45,999 nt of DNA from contig JBHLMQ010000021.1 in assembly GCA_048938005.1 (NCBI GenBank), positions 1 through 45,999 of the forward strand, written 5' to 3'. The position numbers and the translations under genes were made by a program. This DNA comes from Promethearchaeota archaeon. GTDB taxonomy: Archaea > Asgardarchaeota > Lokiarchaeia > Sigyniarchaeales > SOKP01. Below the pieces are notes generated by a model. It was not told the origin of the DNA and made no database searches. It worked only from the letters and a program-made list of their open reading frames with translations. This document shows positions 19,362-29,531 of the stretch, one piece after another (within the stretch, counting starts at the first letter, position 1; each line of letters opens with the position of its first letter).

Positions 19362-19435
19362 ACCAAAAAGAGTAAATTTAAATTTATTACAATCTAATTT
19401 TTTATTTTCAATTCTTTTAATATAATAATTTAAGA

Positions 19436-20392
19436 TTAATATTCAGAAGATTTTAAATATAGCTGCAAATTTTTGAATATATCGCCAGTTAGTGCATTCA
19501 TAACACCAGAAAAAACTTCAGGTCTTTTGTTTCTTGTTACAGCCATCAGAACTGCTCCATTACTAACTTCTTTTACTAAAATCCAACAATTCTCCGATTC
19601 ATAAACTATTGTTGACAAAGATAAAGGAGATAGGTTAGTTATATTTTGAAGTTCCATAATTTGTTGATAAATGCTGTAAATGTTAGAATCTAAAGTGCCA
19701 ATTTCAAATTTCATAAATTGTAATGGTTTTGATTCAAATTTACCAAATGTGGAGGAAATTAATAATCCATCGGGCTGATTAAATAAAAGATATTCTGATA
19801 ATGTATTAACTTTTAACTCATCTAATAAATGTCGAATTTTTCCTAAACGTTGCATAGATAAAGTATTCTTTTGAATTTCATAATCTAAAATTTCAATTAA
19901 TCTATGTTGAGCGCTACCTTCTTTGACAGATACAGGGGTGAATGAAACTTTTACCATTAAGTTATCGTCCATATCTTCTGTTAAGATTTTGTAGAATTCA
20001 TCTTCTTTAGATTCTTGTAAATCAATTTTATTTAATAGAACATAAACCATCGCAATCTTAGGAGAAAACTCGAATAAATACTTTAGGAAATTATCAAATA
20101 TTTCTCTAACATTAGAATCCACTACAGCAGAGTCAACCATAAAAACAGCTGTCGTAGCTTCTGAAAATATTAGCTCACGTTGGGATTCAGAGAAATATCT
20201 CTCCATATAGCGCTCTTGGCCCCCTAAATCCCACACGTTAAGTTCCATAATACCACGAAAAATAAAATTTTCTCTTGAAACACCTTTAGTTGGCTTTAAG
20301 TCTAAAACTTTCATGAAATTATATCCTAAACAAGTCGTTCGCATGAGTGAAGTCTTACCCGCTCCAGCTGGGCCGAAAAGTAAAATTTTCAT
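19436..20392 (-). CDS. Rag/Gtr1-like GTPase fused to a C-terminal roadblock-like domain
   Basis: GPAGAGKTS, PTKG, LNVWDLGGQERYMERYF, LNKIDL; C-domain LLFNQPDGLLISS...VLMAVT. Confidence 0.85.
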   Translation of the reverse strand: MKILLFGPAGAGKTSLMRTTCLGYNFMKVLDLKPTKGVSRENFIFRGIMELNVWDLGGQERYMERYFSESQRELIFSEATTAVFMVDSAVVDSNVREIFDNFLKYLFEFSPKIAMVYVLLNKIDLQESKEDEFYKILTEDMDDNLMVKVSFTPVSVKEGSAQHRLIEILDYEIQKNTLSMQRLGKIRHLLDELKVNTLSEYLLFNQPDGLLISSTFGKFESKPLQFMKFEIGTLDSNIYSIYQQIMELQNITNLSPLSLSTIVYESENCWILVKEVSNGAVLMAVTRNKRPEVFSGVMNALTGDIFKNLQLYLKSSEY

Positions 20393-20557
20393 TAAAAATA
20401 ACCCGAATTTGATTTTAATTTTTCTTTATCTTCAATATATTTTTTATACTTTAATTTTTATTTAATTTTTTCTAATTATTAAAAGAAAATTTAATTTCAA
20501 TTAAAAATAATTTTTAATTAACTAAATTATGAAATTAATAGATGGAATGATTAAAAA

Positions 20558-21091
20558 ATGGAAGAATCGCTTTTGAAACATATTAGAAATGTTCCAGATT
20601 GGCCAAAACCTGGGATTCAATTTAAAGATGTGACAACTTTATGCAAGGTTCACACCCCTTTCAAAGAATCATGTGATAGAATTATTAATCATTATAGAGA
20701 TAAGGGAATTAATAAAGTAGTTGCTATTGAAGCACGTGGATATGTATGGGGTGGAGTTTTAGCTTATCAATTAGGAGCGGGATTTATCTTAATAAGAAAA
20801 CCAGGTAAACTACCATACAAAACTATTAGTGAAACATATGAACTTGAATATGGGACAGATAGTATTGAAATGCATGTTGATGCAATTGAAGAAGGAGATA
20901 AAGTTTTGGTTTTTGATGACTTATTGGCAACTGGAGGGACTGCTAAGGCAGCATGTAATTTAGTAGAAAAAGCTGGCGGTGAAGTAGTAGGTATAGCATT
21001 TGTAATTGAATTAACAGGAAGCTTACATGGTAGGGATAAATTAATAGGGTATGATATTCTTTCACTTGTCGAAATACCAGTAGAAGAATAA
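20558..21091 (+). CDS. apt: Adenine phosphoribosyltransferase
   Basis: PDWPKPGIQFKDVT, EARGY, RKPGKLP, YELEYG, VFDDLLATGGT. Confidence 0.97.
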   Translation: MEESLLKHIRNVPDWPKPGIQFKDVTTLCKVHTPFKESCDRIINHYRDKGINKVVAIEARGYVWGGVLAYQLGAGFILIRKPGKLPYKTISETYELEYGTDSIEMHVDAIEEGDKVLVFDDLLATGGTAKAACNLVEKAGGEVVGIAFVIELTGSLHGRDKLIGYDILSLVEIPVEE

Positions 21092-21146
21092 AGTATTCAC
21101 CCATTATAATAATTCTTAAAGAATGATATTATTATAAATTATTTTT

Positions 21147-22151
21147 TTATATTGTTTCTAATCCTGGAGGAATGTAACCAAAAGTATTGAAAAATCTTTT
21201 CCTCACTTTATTAATATCAAATTTTTGTGTTTGAGCTCCACTCGTTTCAACCACAAATGAGCCTATAATAGATCCTAGTCGACATGAATCCAATAGGGTC
21301 ATATCTAAAATTAAACCAGTTAATATCCCTGCTCGATAGCCATCCCCTGCTCCAGTAGTATCAATAATTTTTTCTGGTGTAGCTATAGGAATGTGAATTT
21401 TAAAGATTTTATTTTTATCATCCTTATAAATTAATTTTGAACCTTCTGAGCCTTTAGTAATAATAATCGCTTTTACATATTTGATTAACTCTTCTTCATT
21501 TAATCCTGATTTCTTCTTTATTTGCCTAACTTCATGAGTGTTACCAATTAAGATTCTCGATTTTTTTACTATATTTATTAAGAGTTCTTTTGGAAATAGC
21601 GGTGTAACTTGACCGGGATCGAAAATAGTTGGTATATTTAATTCAAATAACTGTTCGGCAAAATTTATCATTGTCTCAACACTTTGAGTAGAATTGATTG
21701 CGAATATGAATTCTTCAGGCTTTTTAATTTTTTCTCTTAAATCAATATCCTTAGATTTATCTAAAGCCCCCCCATGAAAAATAATCATCTGATTAGATTT
21801 TTTGTCATTAACAACATAGCATGCAGCAGTGAATAAGTCATCATGTATATCAACTCCAAGCTCAATATTTTCAAATTGCTTTATATGTTCTTTATACCCT
21901 AAACTCTCAAAATCCTTTCCAACTGCTCCTAATAAAGAAACACGACCTAGGTTTAGTAAACCTAAATTATAAGCAATATTGCCAGCAGTACCACCAAAAT
22001 ATTGCTGCCGACTATCTGCCGTAATAGTACTTTGATATTCCTCTTTCTCATGATTAATAGATACAGCGTTAATAAAATTCTCTTTAAATCCCATAATATA
22101 ATCAAAAGCTAAAGAGCCAAGAACTAAAACTTTCTTTTTATTCATTTTCAT
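21147..22151 (-). CDS. PfkB-family nucleoside/adenosine kinase
   Basis: GSLAFD, FGGTAGNIAY, FDPGQ, TKGSEGS, DTTGAGDGYRAG; purine salvage context. Confidence 0.88.
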   Translation of the reverse strand: MKMNKKKVLVLGSLAFDYIMGFKENFINAVSINHEKEEYQSTITADSRQQYFGGTAGNIAYNLGLLNLGRVSLLGAVGKDFESLGYKEHIKQFENIELGVDIHDDLFTAACYVVNDKKSNQMIIFHGGALDKSKDIDLREKIKKPEEFIFAINSTQSVETMINFAEQLFELNIPTIFDPGQVTPLFPKELLINIVKKSRILIGNTHEVRQIKKKSGLNEEELIKYVKAIIITKGSEGSKLIYKDDKNKIFKIHIPIATPEKIIDTTGAGDGYRAGILTGLILDMTLLDSCRLGSIIGSFVVETSGAQTQKFDINKVRKRFFNTFGYIPPGLETI

Positions 22152-22285
22152 TTAATTGAATTTTTTGAATTATTTTAATCTTTATTTAAAATTGAAAATT
22201 GATAAATTCTCTTTTTTCAATTCAAAATATAAATGATTTTAGTAAAAATCGAAAAAAAGATAAATATATTTTTTTTAATGAGTCT

Positions 22286-23155
22286 TTAAATTACTGCCCC
22301 AGTTAAAGTGTGGAGACATCTACAATCTCTTTCAGTATTTATTTTAGGAATAACCACTTCCAATAATTTTTTAAGATTTTCAGCGTTTCTGGCTAGAGTT
22401 TCTAAAACTTCAGGCACATTGACAGCCAATTTGTTTACAACGCCTCCGCATTTCCCACACTTATTTCCATATTCAACGATCCCACAATTAATGCACTCTC
22501 CTGCCCACACGTCTAAATCTGTAACCATTGCTATACAACAATAGCACATCTCCTTCTCTGCAGCTAAAACAACTTCGGGGTAAGTTGTCATCCCTACAAC
22601 ATCCCCTTCCCATTTTCTAAACATTTTTGACTCAGCTCTTGTTGAAAATCTAGGTCCTTCGATACAGATATAAGTTCCTCCATTTTGAATATTTAGTGCT
22701 AGTTCTTTTCCATTTTTATAAATTAAATCACTTAAATATTCGCAATAAGGATCTGCTTGTCCAATATGACAAACTTGTCCTCCTTCATAAAAGGTATCAA
22801 AACGTTTTTTTGTTCGATCAAAATATTGGTCTATTAATATAAATTTTCCTTTGCCATGATCTAATCTCAGAGATCCTACTGCTGATGTCGATATAATGTA
22901 TTTTACACCCAATTCTTTTATTGCCCAAATATTTGCTCTAAAATTTAGTTTATGGGGAGGGATTGCATGACCAATACCATGTCTAGGAAGATAAGCTACT
23001 TTTTTCCCCTTGAAATCGCCAATAATTATTGCTGATGATGTATTCCCGTAAGGTGTATATACTTTTATATCTTTTCTATTTTCAAGAGCTATTTCTGAGC
23101 CAGTACCTCCAATAATTCCTATTTTGATCCCATTTTTTTCATATTTCATGATCAA
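22286..23155 (-). CDS. mtnP: 5'-methylthioadenosine/purine nucleoside phosphorylase (PNP/MTAP family 2) with Cys4 insertion
   Basis: IGIIGGTG, PRHG..H.IPPH..NFRANI, EGPRFSTRAES, GMT..PE, TDLDVW followed by CINC...CGKC. Confidence 0.9.
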   Translation of the reverse strand: MIMKYEKNGIKIGIIGGTGSEIALENRKDIKVYTPYGNTSSAIIIGDFKGKKVAYLPRHGIGHAIPPHKLNFRANIWAIKELGVKYIISTSAVGSLRLDHGKGKFILIDQYFDRTKKRFDTFYEGGQVCHIGQADPYCEYLSDLIYKNGKELALNIQNGGTYICIEGPRFSTRAESKMFRKWEGDVVGMTTYPEVVLAAEKEMCYCCIAMVTDLDVWAGECINCGIVEYGNKCGKCGGVVNKLAVNVPEVLETLARNAENLKKLLEVVIPKINTERDCRCLHTLTGAVI

Positions 23156-23242
23156 TTCATATTGTTTTTATTATTATTAAAATAAAATAAAATAAAATTT
23201 GAGCTATTTTAAATATTATAAATTATATAATTCAAATTTTAA

Positions 23243-24022
23243 ATGGTTAATATTATGGTTAAAATTGGAATAATTGGAGGCTCGGGATTAGATAATCCGG
23301 ATATTTTAAAGGATGCTAAGGATATAGAAGTTGATACTCCATATGGTAAACCAACTTCTCCTTTAAAAGGAGGGAAAATTCATGGTGTTGATGTGATTCT
23401 CATCGCCAGACATGGAAGAGAACATACTATCCCTCCAACACACGTAAATTATAGGGCTAACATACAAGCGCTAAAAGATCAAGGTTGCACTCATATCTTA
23501 GCCACGACAGCTTGTGGGAGCTTGAGGGAAAGAATTGGTAGAGGTGATCTAGTCATTCTTGACCAATTTATTGACTTTACTAGACTTAGGAAAATAACTT
23601 TTTTTGATGAATTTCCACCAAGAGACGCTAAACATACTGCTATGCCATATCCCTATTCAGAAGAGTTAAGAAATATCCTTATTGAGACTGCAAAGGAACT
23701 TAATCTTAAATTTCATGAAAAAGGAACAGTGATTACTATTGAAGGTCCAAGATTTTCAACAAGAGCTGAATCAGAAATGTTTCGAATATGGGGTGCTGAT
23801 GTAATAAATATGAGTATTGCTCCTGAGACAATTTTGGCAAACGAAGCTGGCATTCCTTACGCTGCTGTTGCAATGTCTACAGATTATGATTGCTGGAAAG
23901 ATGATGAAATCCCTGTTACTTGGGATGAGATATTAGAAATCTTTGGAAGAAATGTTAACAACGTTATTACTCTATTAACTAATACTATAAAAAAAATATC
24001 TAACTTATTCCTTTCTCAGTAA
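23243..24022 (+). CDS. mtnP: 5'-methylthioadenosine phosphorylase, second paralog
   Basis: KIGIIGGSGLDNPDIL, ARHGREHTIPP, TTACGSLRE, IEGPRFSTRAES, STDYDCW; start may be ATG 23255. Confidence 0.95.
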   Translation: MVNIMVKIGIIGGSGLDNPDILKDAKDIEVDTPYGKPTSPLKGGKIHGVDVILIARHGREHTIPPTHVNYRANIQALKDQGCTHILATTACGSLRERIGRGDLVILDQFIDFTRLRKITFFDEFPPRDAKHTAMPYPYSEELRNILIETAKELNLKFHEKGTVITIEGPRFSTRAESEMFRIWGADVINMSIAPETILANEAGIPYAAVAMSTDYDCWKDDEIPVTWDEILEIFGRNVNNVITLLTNTIKKISNLFLSQ

Positions 24023-24040
24023 TTTTTTTTTATTTTTTTT
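24023..24040 (+). terminator. Oligo-T tract, probable archaeal terminator
   Basis: T9-A-T8 immediately after the mtnP stop codon. Confidence 0.5.
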
Positions 24041-24185
24041 AAATCTATAATATAAATTATTGTTCTAGTATCCAAAATTTTAACACGTTAATTTTTAAAT
24101 TTTAAAAAAGTTGATATTTCTTGAAGGTTTTTTCAGAATAATAAGCTGTTTAATATTCTTAGTAAATTTATTTTATTTATAAAAT

Positions 24186-25493
24186 ATGGTAAAAATCACT
24201 TTTTTAGGAAGTTGTAGAGAAATTGGACGCTCAGGGATTCTTATAGAGTCAAAAAGTGGAGCAAAATGCATTTTAGATTATGGAATTGGATTTAATAATG
24301 GGGATAGATTGCCATTTAAAACTGATTTTGAAAATTTGAAGGCAATTGCATTGACCCATAGTCATATTGACCATTCAGGAGCTTTACCTTTTATATTTAA
24401 AACGTGTAAGGTTCCATTTTATACTAATTCTATTTCACTCGTTATTACTGAAATTCTAATAAATGATATGATAAAAATCTCAAATTATCCTTATCCATTT
24501 GGCTTCAGAGATTTAGATAAATTAAGACAAAACGCTTATTTTCTTAAGAATGGAAATCGTCAGAAGATAAGCGATAATTTTTTCTTAACTTTTATTGATG
24601 CTGGGCATATACCTGGTAGTGTTTCAATATTACTTGAAGTAGATAACAAACGTATTTTTTATTCTGGAGATATCAATACACAAAATACTAATTTAATTAA
24701 TCCTGCTAATTATATGGATGTACCTCAAATAGATGCTTTAATCATTGAATCTACATATGCTTTGAGAGATCACCCACCTAGGAAATCACTTGAGGAAAAA
24801 TTTGTTGAAAGGGTTAATGAGATCACCGAAAATGGTGGAAAAATTTTAATTCCTGCTTTTGGCGTTGCCCGTTCACAAGAAGCGCTATTGATCTTAGAAA
24901 AATATGATTATAATGGTAAAATTTTTATGGATGGGTTAGCCAGAAAAATCTCTAACATTTATTTGGAATATCCAGAGTTTATTAAAGATATAAAAGCTTT
25001 TAGAAAAGTACTAAAAAGAACTCAATTCGTTTCTAAGAAAAAAGATAGAACGCATGTGAAAAAATCAAGTGGAGTTATAATTTCTCCTTCTGGAATGCTT
25101 AAAGGAGGTGCAGCAATAGAATATATAGAAACTATTCTAACTGATCCAGTATCTGCCATTTATTTAGTCGGATACCAAGTAGAAGGAAGCCCCGGAAGAA
25201 GTTTATTAGATAATGGGATTTTTAAATTTAAGGAATCAAGAAAGAAAAAGAATTTTTTTGAAAATTTTCAAATTGAAGCTAAATGTGATTATGATTATTT
25301 TGATTTTTCCAGTCATGCTGATAGTTTGCATCTATATGATTATATAGAAAGTTTAAAATTCCAAAATAAATCCAATAATGATATTTTTTGCATTCATGGA
25401 GATAACAAATCAACTACTACTTTAGCAAGTGAGTTAGTTAAAAAGGGTTATAATTCAGTTGCGCCTGAAATTGGAGAAGTCTACAAAATATAG
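24186..25493 (+). CDS. Metallo-beta-lactamase/beta-CASP ribonuclease (aCPSF2-like, no KH domains)
   Basis: THSHIDHSG, AGHIPGS, YSGD, ESTY, PAFGVARSQE, SGML.GG, FSSHAD, IHGD. Confidence 0.9.
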   Translation: MVKITFLGSCREIGRSGILIESKSGAKCILDYGIGFNNGDRLPFKTDFENLKAIALTHSHIDHSGALPFIFKTCKVPFYTNSISLVITEILINDMIKISNYPYPFGFRDLDKLRQNAYFLKNGNRQKISDNFFLTFIDAGHIPGSVSILLEVDNKRIFYSGDINTQNTNLINPANYMDVPQIDALIIESTYALRDHPPRKSLEEKFVERVNEITENGGKILIPAFGVARSQEALLILEKYDYNGKIFMDGLARKISNIYLEYPEFIKDIKAFRKVLKRTQFVSKKKDRTHVKKSSGVIISPSGMLKGGAAIEYIETILTDPVSAIYLVGYQVEGSPGRSLLDNGIFKFKESRKKKNFFENFQIEAKCDYDYFDFSSHADSLHLYDYIESLKFQNKSNNDIFCIHGDNKSTTTLASELVKKGYNSVAPEIGEVYKI

Positions 25494-25518
25494 TTATTTC
25501 AAAATTTTTCTTTAAAAT

Positions 25519-27039
25519 TTATGTTTCTTGTAGCTGCTTTTGAATAACTACGTTGCAATTCTCTAAAAAAACTTCTACCTTATCTGCTGGAATTTTAGTA
25601 CCTGCTGCTGGAGGATGCCCTCCCCCCAATACATCTAAACTTGATAGTTCACATGCATCTCTGATTGCTTGAGAAAGGTTTATACCTTTATTCACAAGTT
25701 TTTCATGGGCCCTTCCTGAAACTTTATAAACATTTTCTTCTTCTCTTTTTGCTAAACCAAATATAGGTTTCGATTTATCGATATCGTCAAGATTCTCAAA
25801 AATTAGCATTGAAGCGATAGTTCCTACTATATTTTCTGGAATAACTTCTTCTCCAAAAAAGTATTGAATATATTCCTTTTGTTGTATTTTATGATTATCA
25901 TGTATCCAATTAAGACTTTCCATTAATAATTTCTTATAATTTATTACTATCTCCTGAGATTTTTGATAAGCGATTTTTCTATCACCCATTGCAATAGCAA
26001 TTCCTAATGAGGCATTATTTGTTCTACCACAAGCATTTAATAAATTCGAAAAATCTGATACATCATGTAATTCTGAGCCAATTACTTCACTTTTTAATAA
26101 ATACCTATTTATTATTAGTTTCTCTATGATTTTATTTGGTTCAATATCGAGCTTTAATGAAGCATATTCAATAATTGCTGAAGAAATCTTTTGCTTTTCA
26201 TTTTGGTTTAGATCATTCAAAGTTCTTATACTTCCTTTTGAATTTTCCATTAGAATCCCTAAAGTTTGTAAAAATATTAGGGATCTATTTGCATCATTAG
26301 TTAATCCCGGTAAAATAATTTCTTTAGAATAAGCAATTGCTTCATTTAATGGTTTTATTGAGGAAAAATTTAAATCGCTTGTAATTTCTATAAGTCCTGC
26401 ATCCTTTGCATCTTTTAAAATAAAAGTATTTATACCAGAAAATGATTTATTTGGTCCTTGATTTTGAATATCTCCTATTGCTCCTATTATTGCAATAGGA
26501 GACAAATCAGTATTTTCTCCATTTAAACATTTAGCAAAATAATAGCTTAATCCTGCTCCAGATATCTCTAAACTTCCATTAATTCCAAAGAAATATGGAT
26601 TAATTTGCCATTGGAATGTATTATTATAGATATCCTTGATAAGATCAACTTCTGTCTGAGCAGATACATTCTGAGGAAGATGATGATCTAATATAATAAA
26701 TGAATTGAATTTTTTCTTTGATATAAATTCTTTTTGGAGTTCTAAGAACTGACCACTCCCAAAATCTGTAAATATTAAAAAATTATCAAATCCTTGTGTA
26801 TTTTGAGACATTTTTATGATTTCTTCCTTTTCTAATTGCCTTAAAATAGTAATTTGAAAAGGAATGTTTTCACGAAATAATGCTTTACCTAGAATTGCTC
26901 CTGAACTTAATCCATCAGCATCTAAATGAGTATAGATATGAATAGATGAATTTTTTTCTTTTATGTGGTTAAGAAATTTATTCTTAACGATTTTTATAGC
27001 ACTATTCAATTTATCTAATTTTTCTTTCCAATTATTCAT
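25519..27039 (-). CDS. recJ: Archaeal RecJ/GAN (Cdc45-related) DHH nuclease
   Basis: HLDADG, TDFGSG, LDHH, ISGAG, AIGDIQ, LLNACGR, VSGR, GGGHPPAAG. Confidence 0.92.
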   Translation of the reverse strand: MNNWKEKLDKLNSAIKIVKNKFLNHIKEKNSSIHIYTHLDADGLSSGAILGKALFRENIPFQITILRQLEKEEIIKMSQNTQGFDNFLIFTDFGSGQFLELQKEFISKKKFNSFIILDHHLPQNVSAQTEVDLIKDIYNNTFQWQINPYFFGINGSLEISGAGLSYYFAKCLNGENTDLSPIAIIGAIGDIQNQGPNKSFSGINTFILKDAKDAGLIEITSDLNFSSIKPLNEAIAYSKEIILPGLTNDANRSLIFLQTLGILMENSKGSIRTLNDLNQNEKQKISSAIIEYASLKLDIEPNKIIEKLIINRYLLKSEVIGSELHDVSDFSNLLNACGRTNNASLGIAIAMGDRKIAYQKSQEIVINYKKLLMESLNWIHDNHKIQQKEYIQYFFGEEVIPENIVGTIASMLIFENLDDIDKSKPIFGLAKREEENVYKVSGRAHEKLVNKGINLSQAIRDACELSSLDVLGGGHPPAAGTKIPADKVEVFLENCNVVIQKQLQET

Positions 27040-27153
27040 CTTTCATAGAAGTAGTTAATCATAAATGCAAAAATCAATATTATATTATATTAAATTATCA
27101 AAATAATAATAAATACTCAATTAAAAAAAGTAAATTTAATAAGGTGAAAATAA

Positions 27154-28149
27154 GTGCATCATGTCAAAATAAATGACCTTGCTAAAGAGATCGTTGAAAG
27201 AATCATCTGGAATAAAGAGCTCTATAAAGCTAAGATACTTAAATTAGATAATGGTTCTACCATCGTTGATATGTCGAAAGCAACTTGGATCGGAGGTAAA
27301 TTAGTCGGAGAAATCTGTATGGGAGGATTAGGGACAGTAGATTTTTCTTCTTATAATTTAGATGGGCATTATTTACCGAGTATTAATGTTTACACTTCTG
27401 AACCAATTATTTCATGTTTAGCTTCTCAATTGGCGGGTTGGAGTGTTAAATTGAAAAAGGAGGTAGAAAAAGACGGTCAATTGAAAAAAAAAATTATTTT
27501 CCAATCTTTAGGATCAGGACCTGCTCGTGCTAAGAGTAAAGTAGAAAAAATATTTGAAGAATTAAATTATACTGATAATTCAAATTGCGCAGTTATTGTT
27601 TTTGAAACTCCAAAATTACCAAATGAAGAAGTTATGGAAATTGTCGCCAATAAATGTGGAGTTAATATTAGTAATACATATGCTGTATGTGCCCCTACTG
27701 CATGTTTGACAGGTTCTATTCAAGTAGCATCAAGAATTGTAGAAACTGGCATACATAAATTACATGAAATTAAATTTCCAATAGAGATAATAAGTGATAG
27801 TTTTGGAACTACTACGATAGCCCCTATTGCTGAAGATGATCTTGGTGCAATGGGGCGTACTAACGATTCTATAAGTGCTGCTGGTCTTACCTATTATACT
27901 ATTAATGTAGAAAAGGATAAAGAAGAGGCCATATTTGATCTTCTTAAAAAAGCACCTGCCAATACATCTCCTAGTTATGGAAAACCATTTCTCGAAACGT
28001 TTAAAGCTGCAAATTATAATTTTTATGATATCGATCCTGGATTATTCGCTCCAGCAATTTACACTGTAACAAATGTTAAGACTGGAAACAGTAAAACTGT
28101 TGGAAATGTAAATCATGAATTACTAAAACAATCCTATGGATTGATATAA
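27154..28149 (+). CDS. mch: Methenyl-H4MPT cyclohydrolase
   Basis: EICMGGLG, SQLAGW, GSGPARA, APTACLTGSIQVASRIVETGIHK, MGRTND, YGKPF, FYDIDPGLFAPA; AGGTGA RBS + GTG. Confidence 0.96.
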   Translation: MHHVKINDLAKEIVERIIWNKELYKAKILKLDNGSTIVDMSKATWIGGKLVGEICMGGLGTVDFSSYNLDGHYLPSINVYTSEPIISCLASQLAGWSVKLKKEVEKDGQLKKKIIFQSLGSGPARAKSKVEKIFEELNYTDNSNCAVIVFETPKLPNEEVMEIVANKCGVNISNTYAVCAPTACLTGSIQVASRIVETGIHKLHEIKFPIEIISDSFGTTTIAPIAEDDLGAMGRTNDSISAAGLTYYTINVEKDKEEAIFDLLKKAPANTSPSYGKPFLETFKAANYNFYDIDPGLFAPAIYTVTNVKTGNSKTVGNVNHELLKQSYGLI

Positions 28150-28215
28150 TAAAACATAACAATTTTATTATACTTTTAATTCTCACGTTTTTTTACATAA
28201 AATAAAAATCAGAAA

Positions 28216-29349
28216 TTACATATTTGTTAATTCTTCTTCACACTTAAGAATCTCTTCGTTAGAAATATCTCGGTCAAACTTTATCTTTTTCTGAATTCCC
28301 AAGTATGCACAAGCGAGTTTAGCAGCAGCAGCAACTTCAGCTTTTTTAAGAGTAATAGAATACTCATCTGTTTGAATTTGATCGTCTTTATATGGACTTT
28401 CTTGAAACTTTTTATCTTGAAATCGAATCGATCGCTCATTCTTCATTTTATATAATAAAGAAGCCATTTTTTGAGCCACTTTGAAAGGTAATTGATTTTT
28501 AACTATTAATCGTATAATATTATTTACATCAAAATAATTTAAAGTCTCAAATTTAGCACGCAGATAACTTTTAAGATTCTCAGAGTTTTTCTCGCATTCT
28601 ATTTCTGTCCAATCATGAATTGCTAGTTTTCTTCTAAAAAATATTAATTCCCAATCAATATTTAGTTCCCTTAATAACTTAAATAATAAGTCATCGTTGG
28701 GATTTCTCGATTCTATAATTACATAAAGTTGAAGACCGTAATACTTATGTTCTTGCTGAAGAAAAAATCCTCTTTGTTGCATAGACGCAAGGATGAGTAC
28801 CTTTATTGAATAAATATTTTCTGAAATGTTCTTTTTCCCACAATTTAGATATATTACATTACCCTCCTCACTAATATATTCACAATCTAAAAAGCCTAAA
28901 ATACTCTCCTTGTTATCCTTGATAAAATCCATTAATCCGCTAAGTGTTGGTTTAACATCAAATTTAATTAAATCATTTTCTCCAATTGTAACATAATCAC
29001 TATAATTACTCCCTATAGCTAGTTTAATAGAATTTAGTTTAAGTTCTTTATCACTGCCAAAAACTTCCTGAAAAGCTGCATTTATTGGAAATATCTCTTC
29101 CTCTAAAATTTTCAAATCCGCCATTGAACTTTCATATGGTTCTGGATCATTAAGTATTTTATTTAATACTGGAGCTTCGGATGCATCAACCTCGATCTCA
29201 TACGATTTTGCTAAATCTTTTCGAATTATACAAAACGATCTTTTCTTTTTATTATAGATCGAAAGTGAAGTATGATCATTTAAGACTGCGCGAAATTTTT
29301 CAATGAATTTACTATCTGTATTATCTGACCCAATCCTTCTTCGACGAAT
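28216..29349 (-). CDS. Hypothetical protein (302 aa from ATG 29124; probably 377 aa from ATT 29349)
   Basis: Frame stays open 77 codons upstream of the ATG up to a TGA; GCTGA lies 6 nt before ATT 29349; no family recognised. Confidence 0.6.
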   Translation of the reverse strand: MRRRRIGSDNTDSKFIEKFRAVLNDHTSLSIYNKKKRSFCIIRKDLAKSYEIEVDASEAPVLNKILNDPEPYESSMADLKILEEEIFPINAAFQEVFGSDKELKLNSIKLAIGSNYSDYVTIGENDLIKFDVKPTLSGLMDFIKDNKESILGFLDCEYISEEGNVIYLNCGKKNISENIYSIKVLILASMQQRGFFLQQEHKYYGLQLYVIIESRNPNDDLLFKLLRELNIDWELIFFRRKLAIHDWTEIECEKNSENLKSYLRAKFETLNYFDVNNIIRLIVKNQLPFKVAQKMASLLYKMKNERSIRFQDKKFQESPYKDDQIQTDEYSITLKKAEVAAAAKLACAYLGIQKKIKFDRDISNEEILKCEEELTNM

Positions 29350-29531
29350 TTTTAATCAGCTTAATCATTATGAAATTTAATTATTTGTGTTAATTAATTT
29401 ATAAAATTATTATCTTAAATTCTTATCTAAAAAATAATATAAGATTTTACTTTATTAATTAAAAAATAAAACACCTTAAAAAGTAAGTAATTTTTAAAAA
29501 ATGACTTGTAGATTAATAGCTACAAATAGAA

